The position numbers and the translations under genes were made by a program. The notes beneath the pieces are model-generated. The model was not told the origin of the DNA. It did not search any database and saw nothing but the letters and a program-made list of their open reading frames with translations. Source: an uncultured delta proteobacterium (GTDB taxonomy: Bacteria > Myxococcota > Myxococcia > Myxococcales > Myxococcaceae). From it: a stretch of 64,000 bases of DNA. Shown here piece after piece: positions 19,706-30,038 of this stretch (positions within the stretch are counted from its first letter, which is position 1; every line of letters starts with the position of its first letter). The DNA lies in contig CAWCKH010000004.1 of assembly GCA_963796055.1 (NCBI GenBank), forward strand, positions 2,880,001 through 2,944,000, read 5' to 3'.

Positions 19706-20452
19706 ATGTCTTCCGATCGCATCGCGCTGGTCACCGGGGGCGCCGGCGGCCTGGGGTACAGCATCTGCACCAAGCTCCACGAGAAGGGGTACCGGGTGGT
19801 GCTGACGCATTCGCCGAACAACACCACCATCAAGGAGACGCTGGCCGACATGAAGGCGAGGGGCCACGAGTTCCACGCCTACCCGGTGGACGTCGCGGAC
19901 TTCGACTCGTGCCAGCGCTGCGTGGCGGACATCCAGAAGGACGTCGGCCACATCGACATCCTGATCAACAACGCCGGCATCACCCGCGACATGACCTTCC
20001 GCAAGATGACCAAGGCGGACTGGGACGTGGTGATGCGGACCAACCTCGACAGCATGTTCAACATGACCAAGCCGGTCATCGACGGCATGGTGGACCGGGG
20101 CTGGGGCCGGGTGATCAACGTGAGCTCGGTCAACGGGAGCAAGGGTGCGTTCGGGCAGACCAACTACGCCGCGTCCAAGGCCGCCATCCACGGCTTCACC
20201 AAGTCGCTGGCGCTCGAGGTGGCGAAGAAGGGGGTGACGGTGAACACCATCAGCCCGGGTTACATCGGCACCAAGATGGTGATGGCCATCCCCAAGGAAG
20301 TGCTGGAGACGAAGATCATCCCCCAGATTCCCATCGGCCGGCTGGGCAAGCCCGAGGAGGTGGCGGGGCTGATCATCTATCTGTGCTCGGACGAGGCGGC
20401 GTTCGTCACCGGAGCGAACATCGCGATCAACGGCGGCCAGCACATGCAGTGA
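19706..20452 (+). CDS. phaB: Acetoacetyl-CoA reductase
   Basis: TGGAGGLG, NNAGITRD, SSVNGSKGAFGQTNYAASK, ANIAINGGQHMQ; GAGGAG RBS. Confidence 0.9.
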   Translation: MSSDRIALVTGGAGGLGYSICTKLHEKGYRVVLTHSPNNTTIKETLADMKARGHEFHAYPVDVADFDSCQRCVADIQKDVGHIDILINNAGITRDMTFRKMTKADWDVVMRTNLDSMFNMTKPVIDGMVDRGWGRVINVSSVNGSKGAFGQTNYAASKAAIHGFTKSLALEVAKKGVTVNTISPGYIGTKMVMAIPKEVLETKIIPQIPIGRLGKPEEVAGLIIYLCSDEAAFVTGANIAINGGQHMQ

Positions 20453-20534
20453 CCGCCGCCGGGCTCAGTTGTTCGGCGCGCCTGCCCGGATCCACCACTC
20501 GAGCCAGCCCCAGCCCCCGTCGGCCTGAAGCCTC

Positions 20535-20759
20535 CTAGCCGCGCGGGCGGCGCGGCGTCTTCGAGGCAGAAGCGCCCGATCCGGAAGGGTCTTCCGGTTT
20601 CCAGGGAACGCCGCGCTTCCGCTCGATGTACTCGCGGATGAGCCGGCGCACCACCTGCGACGGAGTCACGTCCTCCTCGGCGCAGAGCTGCTCGAAGACC
20701 GCCTTCTTCCGCGGATCGATCAGGATGGTGAGCCGGGCGGTGCGATCCTCGATTGGCAT
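20535..20759 (-). CDS. Ribbon-helix-helix (CopG-like) regulator
   Basis: RLTILIDPRKKAVFEQLC...TPSQVVRRLIREYI; divergent from the hyf-like operon. Confidence 0.85.
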   Translation of the reverse strand: MPIEDRTARLTILIDPRKKAVFEQLCAEEDVTPSQVVRRLIREYIERKRGVPWKPEDPSGSGASASKTPRRPRG

Positions 20760-20774
20760 CAGACGTTCATGGGA

Positions 20775-20803
20775 GTGACACTGGAGACGATTCTGATGAT
20801 AAT
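20775..20803 (+). promoter_or_regulatory. Candidate sigma70-type promoter of the hyf-like operon
   Basis: GTGACA-17 nt-GATAAT in the short AT-rich divergent spacer. Confidence 0.5.
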
Positions 20804-20812
20804 ACGATGATC

Positions 20813-22813
20813 ATGGGTTCGGCGCCATCCCTCTCCGTTCTTCTGGCGCTGATCGTCGGCTGGTTCGCGCTGGGCCTGGCAGGGCTGATCCGTCCGCACG
20901 CGCTCGGCTTCGTCGGTCGGGTCCTCTTCCCGCTGGGCGCGCTGATCGCCCTCGGGGTCGCGCTGATCGGTCTCGGTGCGCTGCGACCGGACCAACCGGC
21001 AGAGCAGCTGGTGCTCCCGCTCGGCCTCCCCGACCTTCCGTTTCACCTGCGGCTCGATGCTCTCTCGGGGTTCTTCCTGCTGCTGCTCGGAGCGGCCGGA
21101 GCGGGCATCTCCATCTTCGCCGCGGGCTACTTCCGCGCCGGCGAGGGAACCGCACCGGGATTGCTCTGCCTGCAGTACCACGTCTTCTTCGCCAGCATGG
21201 TCCTGGTGGTGGTGGCCAACGACGCCTACCTCTTCATGGTGGCGTGGGAGACCATGGCCCTCAGCTCGTACTTCCTGGTCACCACCCAGCACCGCATCCC
21301 CGAGATTCGACGGGCGGGTTTTCTCTACCTGCTCATCGCCCACGTCGGCGCGCTCAGCATCCTCCTCTGCTTCGGGGTCCTCCAGGGTGGCAGCTGGAAG
21401 TTCACCTTCGATGCGATGCGAGGGCCGACGCTCTCGCCGGACCGGGCGACCATTGCCTTCCTTCTGGCCTTGCTCGGGTTCGGAGCCAAGGCCGGACTGG
21501 TCCCCCTCCACGTGTGGCTGCCCGAGGCGCATCCCGCCGCGCCCTCGCCGGTCTCGGCGATGATGAGCGGCCTGATGCTCAAGACCGCCGTGTACGGCGT
21601 GCTGCGGGTGACCTTCGACCTGCTCCACACCGGCTTCTGGTGGTGGGGGGCGCTGACTCTGGGCATCGGGCTCTTCACCGGACTGCTGGGGGTGGTGTTC
21701 GCCGCGGTCCAGACCGACATGAAGAGGCTGCTGGCCTATTCCTCGATCGAGAACGTGGGGATGATCTTCTGCGGGATCGGCCTGGCGATTCTCTTCCGGG
21801 CCTTCGATCTCCGGCTCTTCGCCGCGCTGGCTCTGAGCGCCGCGCTGATCCATTCGCTCAACCACGCCTTCTTCAAGAGCCTGCTCTTCCTCGCCACCGG
21901 CTCGGTGCTCCACGCGACCGGGGAGCGGAACCTCGGAAAGCTCGGGGGGCTGATCCACGGGATGCCCTGGGTGGCGGTCCTGGCCCTCATCGGAACGCTG
22001 GCCATCGCCGGGCTGCCGCCGCTCAACGGCTTCGTCTCCGAGTGGCTCCTGCTCCAGGCGTTCCTGGTCACCCCGCGCATTCCGCAGACCTTCGTCAACA
22101 TGCTGGTCCCGCTCGGCGCGGCGGCCCTCGCCCTGACCGCTGCGCTCGCCGCCTACGTGATGGTGAAGTTCTACGGGGTGATCTTCCTCGGGCAGCCCCG
22201 GGAGCCTTCGCTGGTGAAGGCCCATTCTGCGGGGTGGCTCCAGCGGCTGGGACTGGGATGGCTGGCGGCCGGGTGCGTGGTGCTGGGCGTCTTCCCCCAG
22301 CTGGCCCTGACCGCCACTGCCGGGATCACCCGCGGCGCGGTGGGGGAGGCGGTGCGGCCGGGCTCCTGGCTCTTCATCGCCCCGCTGGCGCCGGAACAGG
22401 CCTCCTACAGCGGGGTGCTCTTCCTGGCCGGAATCGTCGGCGTCTTCGCGCTGACCTTCGTCTTCGTCCGGCGTCTGTACCACGGGCGGGTGCGCCGGAC
22501 GGCCCCCTGGGACTGCGGCTACCCGTGGCTGACGCCTCGGATGCAGGACACCGCGGAGGGTTTCGGGCAGCCGATTCGCCACATCTTCGGCTCGGCGTTC
22601 CGGATCGAGCGGGAGCTGCCCTCGGCCTGGGACAGCTCGCCGCGCTACCGCGTCCACATCGAGGACCGGATCTGGCGCGCGCTCTACCTCCCACTCGGTC
22701 GCGGCGTCCAGCGACTGGCCGACGCGGTGGCGGTCATCCAGGGCGGGCGGCTGGCCGTCTACCTCCTGTACGCCTTCCTCACCCTCGTCGCTCTGCTGGT
22801 GTTCGTGCTGTGA
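20813..22813 (+). CDS. hyfB: Hydrogenase-4 subunit B-like antiporter subunit
   Basis: WETMALSSY, KAGLVPLHVWLPEAHPAAPS, KRLLAYSSIEN, GLPPLNGFVSEW. Confidence 0.92.
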   Translation: MGSAPSLSVLLALIVGWFALGLAGLIRPHALGFVGRVLFPLGALIALGVALIGLGALRPDQPAEQLVLPLGLPDLPFHLRLDALSGFFLLLLGAAGAGISIFAAGYFRAGEGTAPGLLCLQYHVFFASMVLVVVANDAYLFMVAWETMALSSYFLVTTQHRIPEIRRAGFLYLLIAHVGALSILLCFGVLQGGSWKFTFDAMRGPTLSPDRATIAFLLALLGFGAKAGLVPLHVWLPEAHPAAPSPVSAMMSGLMLKTAVYGVLRVTFDLLHTGFWWWGALTLGIGLFTGLLGVVFAAVQTDMKRLLAYSSIENVGMIFCGIGLAILFRAFDLRLFAALALSAALIHSLNHAFFKSLLFLATGSVLHATGERNLGKLGGLIHGMPWVAVLALIGTLAIAGLPPLNGFVSEWLLLQAFLVTPRIPQTFVNMLVPLGAAALALTAALAAYVMVKFYGVIFLGQPREPSLVKAHSAGWLQRLGLGWLAAGCVVLGVFPQLALTATAGITRGAVGEAVRPGSWLFIAPLAPEQASYSGVLFLAGIVGVFALTFVFVRRLYHGRVRRTAPWDCGYPWLTPRMQDTAEGFGQPIRHIFGSAFRIERELPSAWDSSPRYRVHIEDRIWRALYLPLGRGVQRLADAVAVIQGGRLAVYLLYAFLTLVALLVFVL

Positions 22814-23760
22814 CCACCTCGGCCGTCCTCCGCCAGACGGGCGAGGTGGTGCTGGCCATCGCCCTGGCCCCCTTCTTCATGGGGTGGATCGCCCAGTGCC
22901 GGGCCTGGCTCCAGAACCGGTCCGCGCCGCCGCTGCTGCAGCCCTGGCGCCTGCTCCGCAAGCTCTTCTGGAAGGACGCCGCGCTGGCAGAGAATGCCTC
23001 GCCGCTGTTCCGGCTGACACCCTACGTCCTGTTCGGAACGATGGTCCTGGCCACGGCCATCATCCCCTCGGTGGCGATCGATCTCCCCTTCGCCTTCGTG
23101 GCCGACGCCATCGCCCTGGTGGGTCTGTTCGCCACTGCTCGGGTGTTCGTCGCGCTCGCGGCGATGGACATCGGCACCGCCTTCGGAAGCCTCGGCGCGC
23201 GGCGGGAGATGATGATCGGCTTTCTGGCCGAGCCGGCGCTGCTGATGGTCTTCTTCAACGCCTTCCTGATCTCCGGGAGCACGGCCTTGCCCAGCGTCGT
23301 CGAGCGCCTGGCCGCGCCGCCCTTCATCATCTATCCGAGCCTGGCCTTCGCCGGAGTGGCCTTCGTGATGGTGCTCCTCGCCGAGAACGGGCGGCTGCCC
23401 ATCGACAACCCGGCGACGCATCTGGAGTTGACGATGATCCACGAGGCGATGGTGCTGGAGTACTCGGCCCGCCACCTGGCGCTGATCGAGTGGGCATCGG
23501 CGCTCAAGCTCTTCAACTACGCCTGCCTCGGCTTCGCCCTCTTCGTTCCCTGGGGCGTGGCCACCAGGGGCGCCGGGCCGGGGGCGCTGGTGGTGGCCGT
23601 CCTGGCGCTGCTCCTCAAGCTGGGCGCGGCGGGCGCGGTGCTCGCCCTGGTGGAGACGGTCTCCGCCAAGCTGCGCATCTTCCGTGCGCCCGAGTTCCTG
23701 GCGATGGCGTTTCTCCTCGCCGTTCTCGGGCTGCTGGTTCACCTCATGCTGGGAGCCTGA
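22810..23760 (+). CDS. hyfC: HyfC/HycD (NuoH-like) membrane subunit
   Basis: QPWRLLRKLFWK, GSLGARRE, ENGRLPIDNPATHLELTMIHEAMVLEYS. Confidence 0.9.
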   Translation: MTTSAVLRQTGEVVLAIALAPFFMGWIAQCRAWLQNRSAPPLLQPWRLLRKLFWKDAALAENASPLFRLTPYVLFGTMVLATAIIPSVAIDLPFAFVADAIALVGLFATARVFVALAAMDIGTAFGSLGARREMMIGFLAEPALLMVFFNAFLISGSTALPSVVERLAAPPFIIYPSLAFAGVAFVMVLLAENGRLPIDNPATHLELTMIHEAMVLEYSARHLALIEWASALKLFNYACLGFALFVPWGVATRGAGPGALVVAVLALLLKLGAAGAVLALVETVSAKLRIFRAPEFLAMAFLLAVLGLLVHLMLGA

Positions 23761-23762
23761 AC

Positions 23763-24428
23763 GTGCCGCCGCCGAGCCTCACCGCGCAGCTGCTGAATCT
23801 CTTCGCCGCCGGCTTGCTCCTGATCTCCTTCGCCATGCTTTCCCAGCGAAGGACGCGGCGACTCATCGCGCTCTTCGCCTTGCAGGGGACGATCCTCACC
23901 GCCTCCACCACCCTGGTGGCCTACAGCGCCGGGCTCCATCACCTCTACTACTCGGCGTGGCTCACCCTGGTCCTCAAGGTATTGTTCCTGCCCTGGATCC
24001 TCCTCCGTCTGGTCGACCGGCTGGGGGCGCAGTGGGACACCGAGCCGCTGCTCAAGATCCCCACCACCATGCTCATCGGGGTGGGGCTGGTGATCTTCGC
24101 CTTCGGCCTGGCCCAGCCGATCAGCGCCCTGGCCACCACCATCACCCGGAACACGCTGGGCATCGCGCTGGCGATCATCTTCCTGGCCTTCGTGATGATG
24201 ATCACCCGGCGCAAGGCGGTCACCCAGGTGATGGGGTTCCTCTCCATGGAGAACGGCCTGTTCTTCGCCGCGACCAGCGCCACCTACGGGATGCCGATGG
24301 TGGTGGAGCTGGGCATCGCCCTCGACGTCCTGGTGGGCGTCTTCATCCTGGGCATCTTCTTCTTCCAGATCCGGGAGCAGTTCGAGAGCCTCGATCTGCA
24401 CCACCTCGAGAAGCTCAAGGAGGATTGA
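23763..24428 (+). CDS. hyfE: HyfE membrane subunit
   Basis: ITRRKAVTQVMGFLSMENG, GMPMVVELGIALDV. Confidence 0.9.
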   Translation: MPPPSLTAQLLNLFAAGLLLISFAMLSQRRTRRLIALFALQGTILTASTTLVAYSAGLHHLYYSAWLTLVLKVLFLPWILLRLVDRLGAQWDTEPLLKIPTTMLIGVGLVIFAFGLAQPISALATTITRNTLGIALAIIFLAFVMMITRRKAVTQVMGFLSMENGLFFAATSATYGMPMVVELGIALDVLVGVFILGIFFFQIREQFESLDLHHLEKLKED

Positions 24429-24429
24429 G

Positions 24430-25878
24430 GTGGAGCTACTCCTGGTCCTCGGGATTCCCCTGCTCGGCGCTGCGGTGCTCGCGGTGGTCGGCGCACGCCG
24501 TCATGCGGCCGAGGTGAACGCGGGGATGAGCCTGGCCACGCTGGGGGCGGCGGCGATGCTCGTCCTCCGGGTCATCCGCCACGGGCCGATGCTGGTCTGG
24601 CGCGAGCAGTTCTTCATCGACCCCTTCAACGTCTTCCTGGTGGCGCTCACCGCCTTCGTGGGCTTCACCACCGCGCTCTTCTCCCGTCCCTACATGCGCA
24701 TCGAGGAGCACAAGGGTCGGATCACCCCGCGGCGGCTGCGGCTGTACCACAGCATGTACCAGCTCTTCATGGCGGCGATGCTGCTGGCGCTGCTGACCAA
24801 CAACATGGGCATCCTCTGGGTGGCGATGGAGGCCGCGACGCTCTCCACCGTCCTCCTGGTCTCGCTCTACCGGACCCGGGCCAGCCTGGAGGCGGCCTGG
24901 AAGTACTTCATCCTCTGCGGGGTGGGGATCGCGCAGGCGCTCTTCGGGACCATCCTTCTCTACTTCGCCGCGGAGGGGCTGCTGGGCAGAGAAGGGATGA
25001 CGGCTCTCCTCTGGACCCATCTCGACGCGGTGAAGGGGCACCTCGAACCGACGGTGATCGCGCTGGCCTTCGTGTTCCTCCTGGTGGGCTACGGGACGAA
25101 GGTCGGTCTGGCGCCGCTGCACAACTGGTTGCCCGACGCCCACGCCGAGGGTCCGACCCCGGTCTCGGCGGTGCTCTCGGGGCTGCTGCTCAACGTGGCG
25201 CTCTACGCGGTCATCCGCTGCAAGGTGCTGGCCGAAGGGTCCCTCCACCAGCTCCCCGGCCGGATGCTGATGGGCTTCGGGCTGCTCTCGGCGATCCTGG
25301 CGGCGTTCTTCCTCTGGCGGCAGCGGGACATCAAGCGGCTCTTCGCCTACTCCTCGATCGAGCACATGGGAATCGTGACCTTCGCCTTCGGGATGGGCGG
25401 CCCGGTCGCGAACTTCGCGGCGCTCCTCCACATGACGGTGCACTCGCTGACCAAGTCGGCGATCTTCTTCGCCGCCGGTCACGCCACGCAGACCGCCGGC
25501 ACCCAGCGGATGGACGGCATCCGCGGTCTGCTCGTGCTCAGCCCCACCATCGGCTGGGGCTTGATGCTCGGGGCGCTGGCGATCCTCGGGCTCCCGCCGT
25601 TCGGGGTCTTCGCCAGCGAGTTCCTGATCCTCACCACCGCGATGCGCGATCATCCCTGGGCGACACCGATCCTTCTCGCTGCGCTGGGAGTGGCCTTCGC
25701 GGCGATCTTCGGCCGGGTCCAGCCGATGGTCTTCGGGGAGACGCACGGCCGGCCCCTGCCGCACTCCCCGGCGCTGCTCCCGGTGTTCGTCCACCTGGCA
25801 CTGGTGCTGCTCCTCGGTCTCTACATGCCGCCGGCCCTGGCCGAGTGGTACCGCCTGGCGGCGCGGTTGATCGGCTGA
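24430..25878 (+). CDS. hyfF: HyfF antiporter-like subunit
   Basis: WVAMEAATL, LEAAWKY, GYGTKVGLAPLHNWLPDAHAEGP. Confidence 0.92.
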   Translation: MELLLVLGIPLLGAAVLAVVGARRHAAEVNAGMSLATLGAAAMLVLRVIRHGPMLVWREQFFIDPFNVFLVALTAFVGFTTALFSRPYMRIEEHKGRITPRRLRLYHSMYQLFMAAMLLALLTNNMGILWVAMEAATLSTVLLVSLYRTRASLEAAWKYFILCGVGIAQALFGTILLYFAAEGLLGREGMTALLWTHLDAVKGHLEPTVIALAFVFLLVGYGTKVGLAPLHNWLPDAHAEGPTPVSAVLSGLLLNVALYAVIRCKVLAEGSLHQLPGRMLMGFGLLSAILAAFFLWRQRDIKRLFAYSSIEHMGIVTFAFGMGGPVANFAALLHMTVHSLTKSAIFFAAGHATQTAGTQRMDGIRGLLVLSPTIGWGLMLGALAILGLPPFGVFASEFLILTTAMRDHPWATPILLAALGVAFAAIFGRVQPMVFGETHGRPLPHSPALLPVFVHLALVLLLGLYMPPALAEWYRLAARLIG

Positions 25879-25881
25879 GCG

Positions 25882-27430
25882 ATGGCTCCCGCGACCTCAG
25901 CGGTGAAGGGAATGCCGCTTCTGGCCAACGTCCGGGGCAGGCGCCTGCTCGCTTCCGAGCGGGCGCAGTGGAGCGGCATGGCCGAGTCGATGAAGGCCGG
26001 GGGGGCAGGGCTCCTGGCCTTGTGGGGCACCGACGACCGCGACCGTGACGGGCATTTCCGGATCCACGCGACATATCTGCTCTCGGCCGAGGTGGTGCTG
26101 GTCGAGCATCCGCTGCCTGGCGGGGCCACGACCTACCCCAGCCTGGCGCCGCTCTTCCCGGTGGCGGGCCGGCTGGAGCGGGCGGTGGCGGATCTCCTGG
26201 GCTTGCGAGCCGAGGGAGGCGACGAGCGGGGATGGCTGCGGCACGGCGGCTGGCCCGAGACGTTCTTCCCTCTCCGGAGAGACAGCGCACCGACCGCGCG
26301 CTTCCCACCGTCCCCGGCCGCGTACCCGTTCGTGGCGGTGGTGGGCGACGGGGTGCACGAGATCCCGGTCGGTCCAGTCCATGCCGGGACCATCGAGCCG
26401 GGGAACTTTCGCTTCTCCGTGGTGGGGGAGAAGGTGCTCCGCCTGGAGGAGCGACTGGGCTACACGCACAAGGGCGTCGCCAAGCGCTTCGAGGAGCGGT
26501 CGCAGTCAGAGGGGCAGCAGCTGGCGGCGCGCGTCTCCGGGGACTCGGCGGTCGCCTTCTCCTGGGCGTACTGCGCGGCGCTGGAGGCCATCACCGGCAC
26601 CCAGGTGCCCCCGCGCGCCGCCGCGCTTCGAGCCCTGGCGCTGGAGCGCGAGCGGATCGCCAACCACCTCGGAGACCTGGGAGCGCTGGGCAACGACGCC
26701 GGGTTCGCCTTCGGCCTCGCCCAGTTCTCCCGGCTCAAGGAGGACCTGCTCCGGGCCAATGCCACCGCGCTGGGGGCGCGCTATCTGCTCGATCTCGGTC
26801 GTCCCGGGCGGCGTGGCGATGGACCTCGGCGCGGACAGCCCGCGCGTGCTGGTGCAGCAGTCCTTCGAGCTGGAAGTTGCCGTCGCCGGATTGCGTGCCC
26901 TCTACGACGAGCATCCCGGGCTCCAGGACCGCTTTCGCGACGCGGGTCGACTGGACGGGCAGCTGGCGGAGAAGCTCGGCGCCGTGGGGCTGGCGGCGCG
27001 CGCCTCGGGCATCCGGCGTGACCTCCGGCTCGACATGCCCTGGGCGCCGTATGACCGGCTGGGTCCGAGGCTGGTCGTCGAGGCCCGGGGCGACGTGGCT
27101 GCGCGGGTGCTGGTGAGATTCGGCGAGCTGCTGGAATCGGTCCGGCTCTGCCGGGCGCTGCTGGAGGAGCTCCCCGACGGTGCGGTCCGCGTCGAGGTTC
27201 CGGTCGCACCGCCGGATCGTCTGGGACTGGGGATGATCGAGGGCTGGCGCGGGCCGGTGCTGATCGCGCTTCATTCCGGCGCGGAGGGGACGATCCGGCG
27301 CTGCCACGCCCACGACCCCTCGTGGCAGAACTGGCCGCTCCTGGAGCACGCCATCCTGGACAACATCGTCCCGGACTTCCCGCTGATCAACAAGTCGTTC
27401 AACCTCTCCTACAGCGGGCACGACGGGTGA
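25882..27430 (+). CDS. hyfG: HyfG/HycE-like (NuoCD-like) large subunit lacking NiFe cysteines (frameshift at ~26798)
   Basis: VGPVHAGTIEPG, LGYTHKG, RVSGDS, ERIANHLGDLG; after the shift EGWRG, DPSWQNW, DFPLINKSFNLSYSGHD. Confidence 0.88.
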
Positions 27431-27438
27431 GGTGATCG

Positions 27439-27963
27439 ATGCTCGATCTCCTGAGGCGCATCTTTCGCACCGGGGTGCTGAGTGAGCCGCTCCCTGTGCC
27501 GGCCGAGCTGCCGGTCGACGAGCGCCGGCTGCAAGATGAGCTGCTGGCGGTGCTCGGCCGTGCGCTCTCCATTCGCCACGTCGACGCCGGATCGTGCAAC
27601 GGCTGCGAGCTGGAGATCCACGCGCTGAACAACCCCTATTACAACCTCGAGGGAGCGGGGATCCGCTTCGTCGCCAGTCCCCGGCACGCGGATCTCCTCC
27701 TGGTGACCGGTCCGGTCTCGGTGAACATGGAGGAGGCGCTTCGCCGCACCTACGCCGCCACCCCGGACCCGAAGCTGGTGGTGGCGGTGGGGGACTGCGG
27801 GGCGTGCGGTGGAGTCTTCGGCGAGAGCTACGCCAGCCTGGGAGGGGTGGGCAAGGTGATCCCGGTGGACGTCACGGTCCCGGGATGTCCGCCACGCCCG
27901 GTGGCCATCCTCCAGGGGATTCTCGCGGCGACCCGGAAGGTCTCACCGCGAAAGGTCGGGTGA
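27439..27963 (+). CDS. hyfI: HyfI/HycG (NuoB-like) Fe-S small subunit
   Basis: GSCNGCELE, SPRHAD, AVGDC, PGCPP. Confidence 0.92.
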   Translation: MLDLLRRIFRTGVLSEPLPVPAELPVDERRLQDELLAVLGRALSIRHVDAGSCNGCELEIHALNNPYYNLEGAGIRFVASPRHADLLLVTGPVSVNMEEALRRTYAATPDPKLVVAVGDCGACGGVFGESYASLGGVGKVIPVDVTVPGCPPRPVAILQGILAATRKVSPRKVG

Positions 27964-28130
27964 CTCGCCCGGGTGCCCGGCGTCAGACGCACGGACGGGA
28001 AGCGGAGCGTAGGTCGTCACCGGTGACGCGGCCGTCGACTCCGCCCCTCGAATCTCCCCGAAAGGACGGCCGTTCGGGTACTTCGGCCAGAATGGCGGCC
28101 CACCAGAGCAGAAACCCGGCGGGCCGGAGG

Positions 28131-28769
28131 TCACGGTCCTTTGGCGGGTAAAGTGGCCACTGTCCCGGTCTCTCCCTCGGCGGCGACCAAGACATCGGCT
28201 CGCTGAATCTCGGCGCAGTTCTTAAGGATGATACAGCCCCGACGACGGAGCATGTTCACCTGGTCAAACTCAGAGTCGGCTTGGCTGAGAAGCTTCGTGA
28301 CGTCGACGGTTAAGTCACTGGCACGGGACTTCGCTTCGACAAGATCCTTCTCGAACCATGCCGACCGTGCCAACCATGCTTGCGGGACCGACCCGACATT
28401 CACGGTGATGGTTGCGACTAGCCGCTCCCTCACGGCGATGCCGTGACTATCCAACTCTTGACAGCGACGGCGCTGATCGAGGAAGGCATCGAAGCTCTTG
28501 CGCGCGCTACTTTCGGCACGTACGAGAGGAACGACGTTCGCGTAGTTTCGAAACATCGCTCTCTGGTGAGTGTCGTGGAGAAGCGAGAGCTTGCGAGCAA
28601 GGAGTTCACTTCGCTCGTCCAGGGCTCTCAGACACTTCTGTACTTCGACCTCGGTTCGCGAGAGTTCGGCATCCGAGCTGGCGAGAAGATCCGCGGTTGC
28701 CTTCGTCTTCGAATGGCACCCGAACAGCACCACGATCAGGAATATCGGCCCGATACCGGCTCTCATCAA
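28131..28769 (-). CDS. Hypothetical coiled-coil lipoprotein
   Basis: GGAGGAG RBS, hydrophobic leader with LFGC lipobox-like motif; lower GC. Confidence 0.55.
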   Translation of the reverse strand: MMRAGIGPIFLIVVLFGCHSKTKATADLLASSDAELSRTEVEVQKCLRALDERSELLARKLSLLHDTHQRAMFRNYANVVPLVRAESSARKSFDAFLDQRRRCQELDSHGIAVRERLVATITVNVGSVPQAWLARSAWFEKDLVEAKSRASDLTVDVTKLLSQADSEFDQVNMLRRRGCIILKNCAEIQRADVLVAAEGETGTVATLPAKGP

Positions 28770-28967
28770 CTCCTCCGTCAGGACGGTTCCTTCAGTCGTA
28801 TTCTACGCTGACCAAAGAGCGGAGTGAGTCCATGGTCCGGAATTGGAATCCCATCGCGTGCGCACGACGAGCTGAAGGTCTTCCGGAAGCGGGTCGAGTC
28901 GGGAAAAGTGACCGTCAGCGGGCTGGCGAAGAAGCTCAAGGTCTCCGTCCCGACCGCATGCAACTAC

Positions 28968-29338
28968 CCTCCACGAACTTCGCAATCCCGAAGTCGAGCA
29001 GCTTCACGTGCCCGTCCCGTGCGCCGCGGCCAGCCCCCTGGCCATCTGCGCCGCCCAATCCAGTGCCGTGGCCATGGGCACGGGGCCCTTCGCCAGCCGC
29101 TGGCGGGCGTCTCGCCCTGGAGCAACTCTGTGACGAAGTAGGATTTCCCGTCGTAGAGCCCGACGTCGCGCAGGGCGACGATGTTGGGGTGGTTCAGGGA
29201 GCCGGCGACCTTCGCCTCGCGCTCGAATCGTTCGAGCGAAGCTCCGTCACCCCCGAGGGCCTCAGAGACGACCTTGATGGCCACCTCGCGACCGAGGCGG
29301 GTGTCCTTGGCTCGGTACACCTCCGCCATGCCCCCCAC
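28968..29338 (-). pseudogene. Ser/Thr protein kinase remnant
   Basis: GGMAEVYRAKDTRLGREVAIKV...RFEREA...LNHPNIV...VTELLQGET, then out of frame GHVKLLDFGIAK; the HRD loop is missing. Confidence 0.85.
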
Positions 29339-30038
29339 CTCGGGACGATCCGCGCCGCGGGCGAAGGCTGACGCATCCGAGGTGAATCGGAGAGCATTGT
29401 CGATTTGAGCCGGTCAGCCCTCATCGGGGTGCCCCCAGAACGACTCGAGGAAAATAGTAGGGGGATGGTACAGGCGCGCGCATCGGGGGCACGCGGTGAG
29501 CTCTGTGGGCGGGACTGCTTCGGCTGGTCTCGACATCGGTCGCTCCGTGGAACGGGAGCGACGAGGCGCCGCTCCTCACCGGGCGCGGGGAGCGGCGACG
29601 AGGAAAGCGGGCCTGGAGCTATTCCAGCGTCAGGTCTGGTCGGGAGCGACCGCCGGCGGCCGTGACGCGGTGCTGTTCCGCGGCGCGGTCGGAGAAAAAG
29701 GATCCGCGGTGTGCTCGTCAGAGCCTCAGCAACCGGCGTCTTCGGCCCACTTGGTGCGGCTTGACCAGACCCCGGAGCGGTGATCAGCGGCCTCGGAACG
29801 ACCGAGAAGATCCTGCCGTCAGCGTGCTTCGAGTCTCGCCTTCGCGGCCTCACGGGAAGCCCGTCGGCACCGCTCCGCTGCCCGGAACAGCCTTCCAGAT
29901 TAGAGGCTCGTGCGCTCGCTTGCAGGTCCCCTTCGACCACGGGCTTAGCCTCTGGTACTTGGCGACCCAGCGCTTCCCGTAGTGGTTTCTCTAGCTCGCA
30001 CGTCGCCAGCATGGTGTCAGCTCGCAGGAGGCGACAAC

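Noticed and set aside
20813..27963. Functional NiFe hydrogenase-4 / formate hydrogenlyase
   Set aside because: Ni-ligating cysteines and maturation genes are absent
27961..27975. Possible att duplicate of the tRNA-Glu 3' end (tgactcgcccggg)
   Set aside because: Too short and too mismatched against tgaccctgccggg
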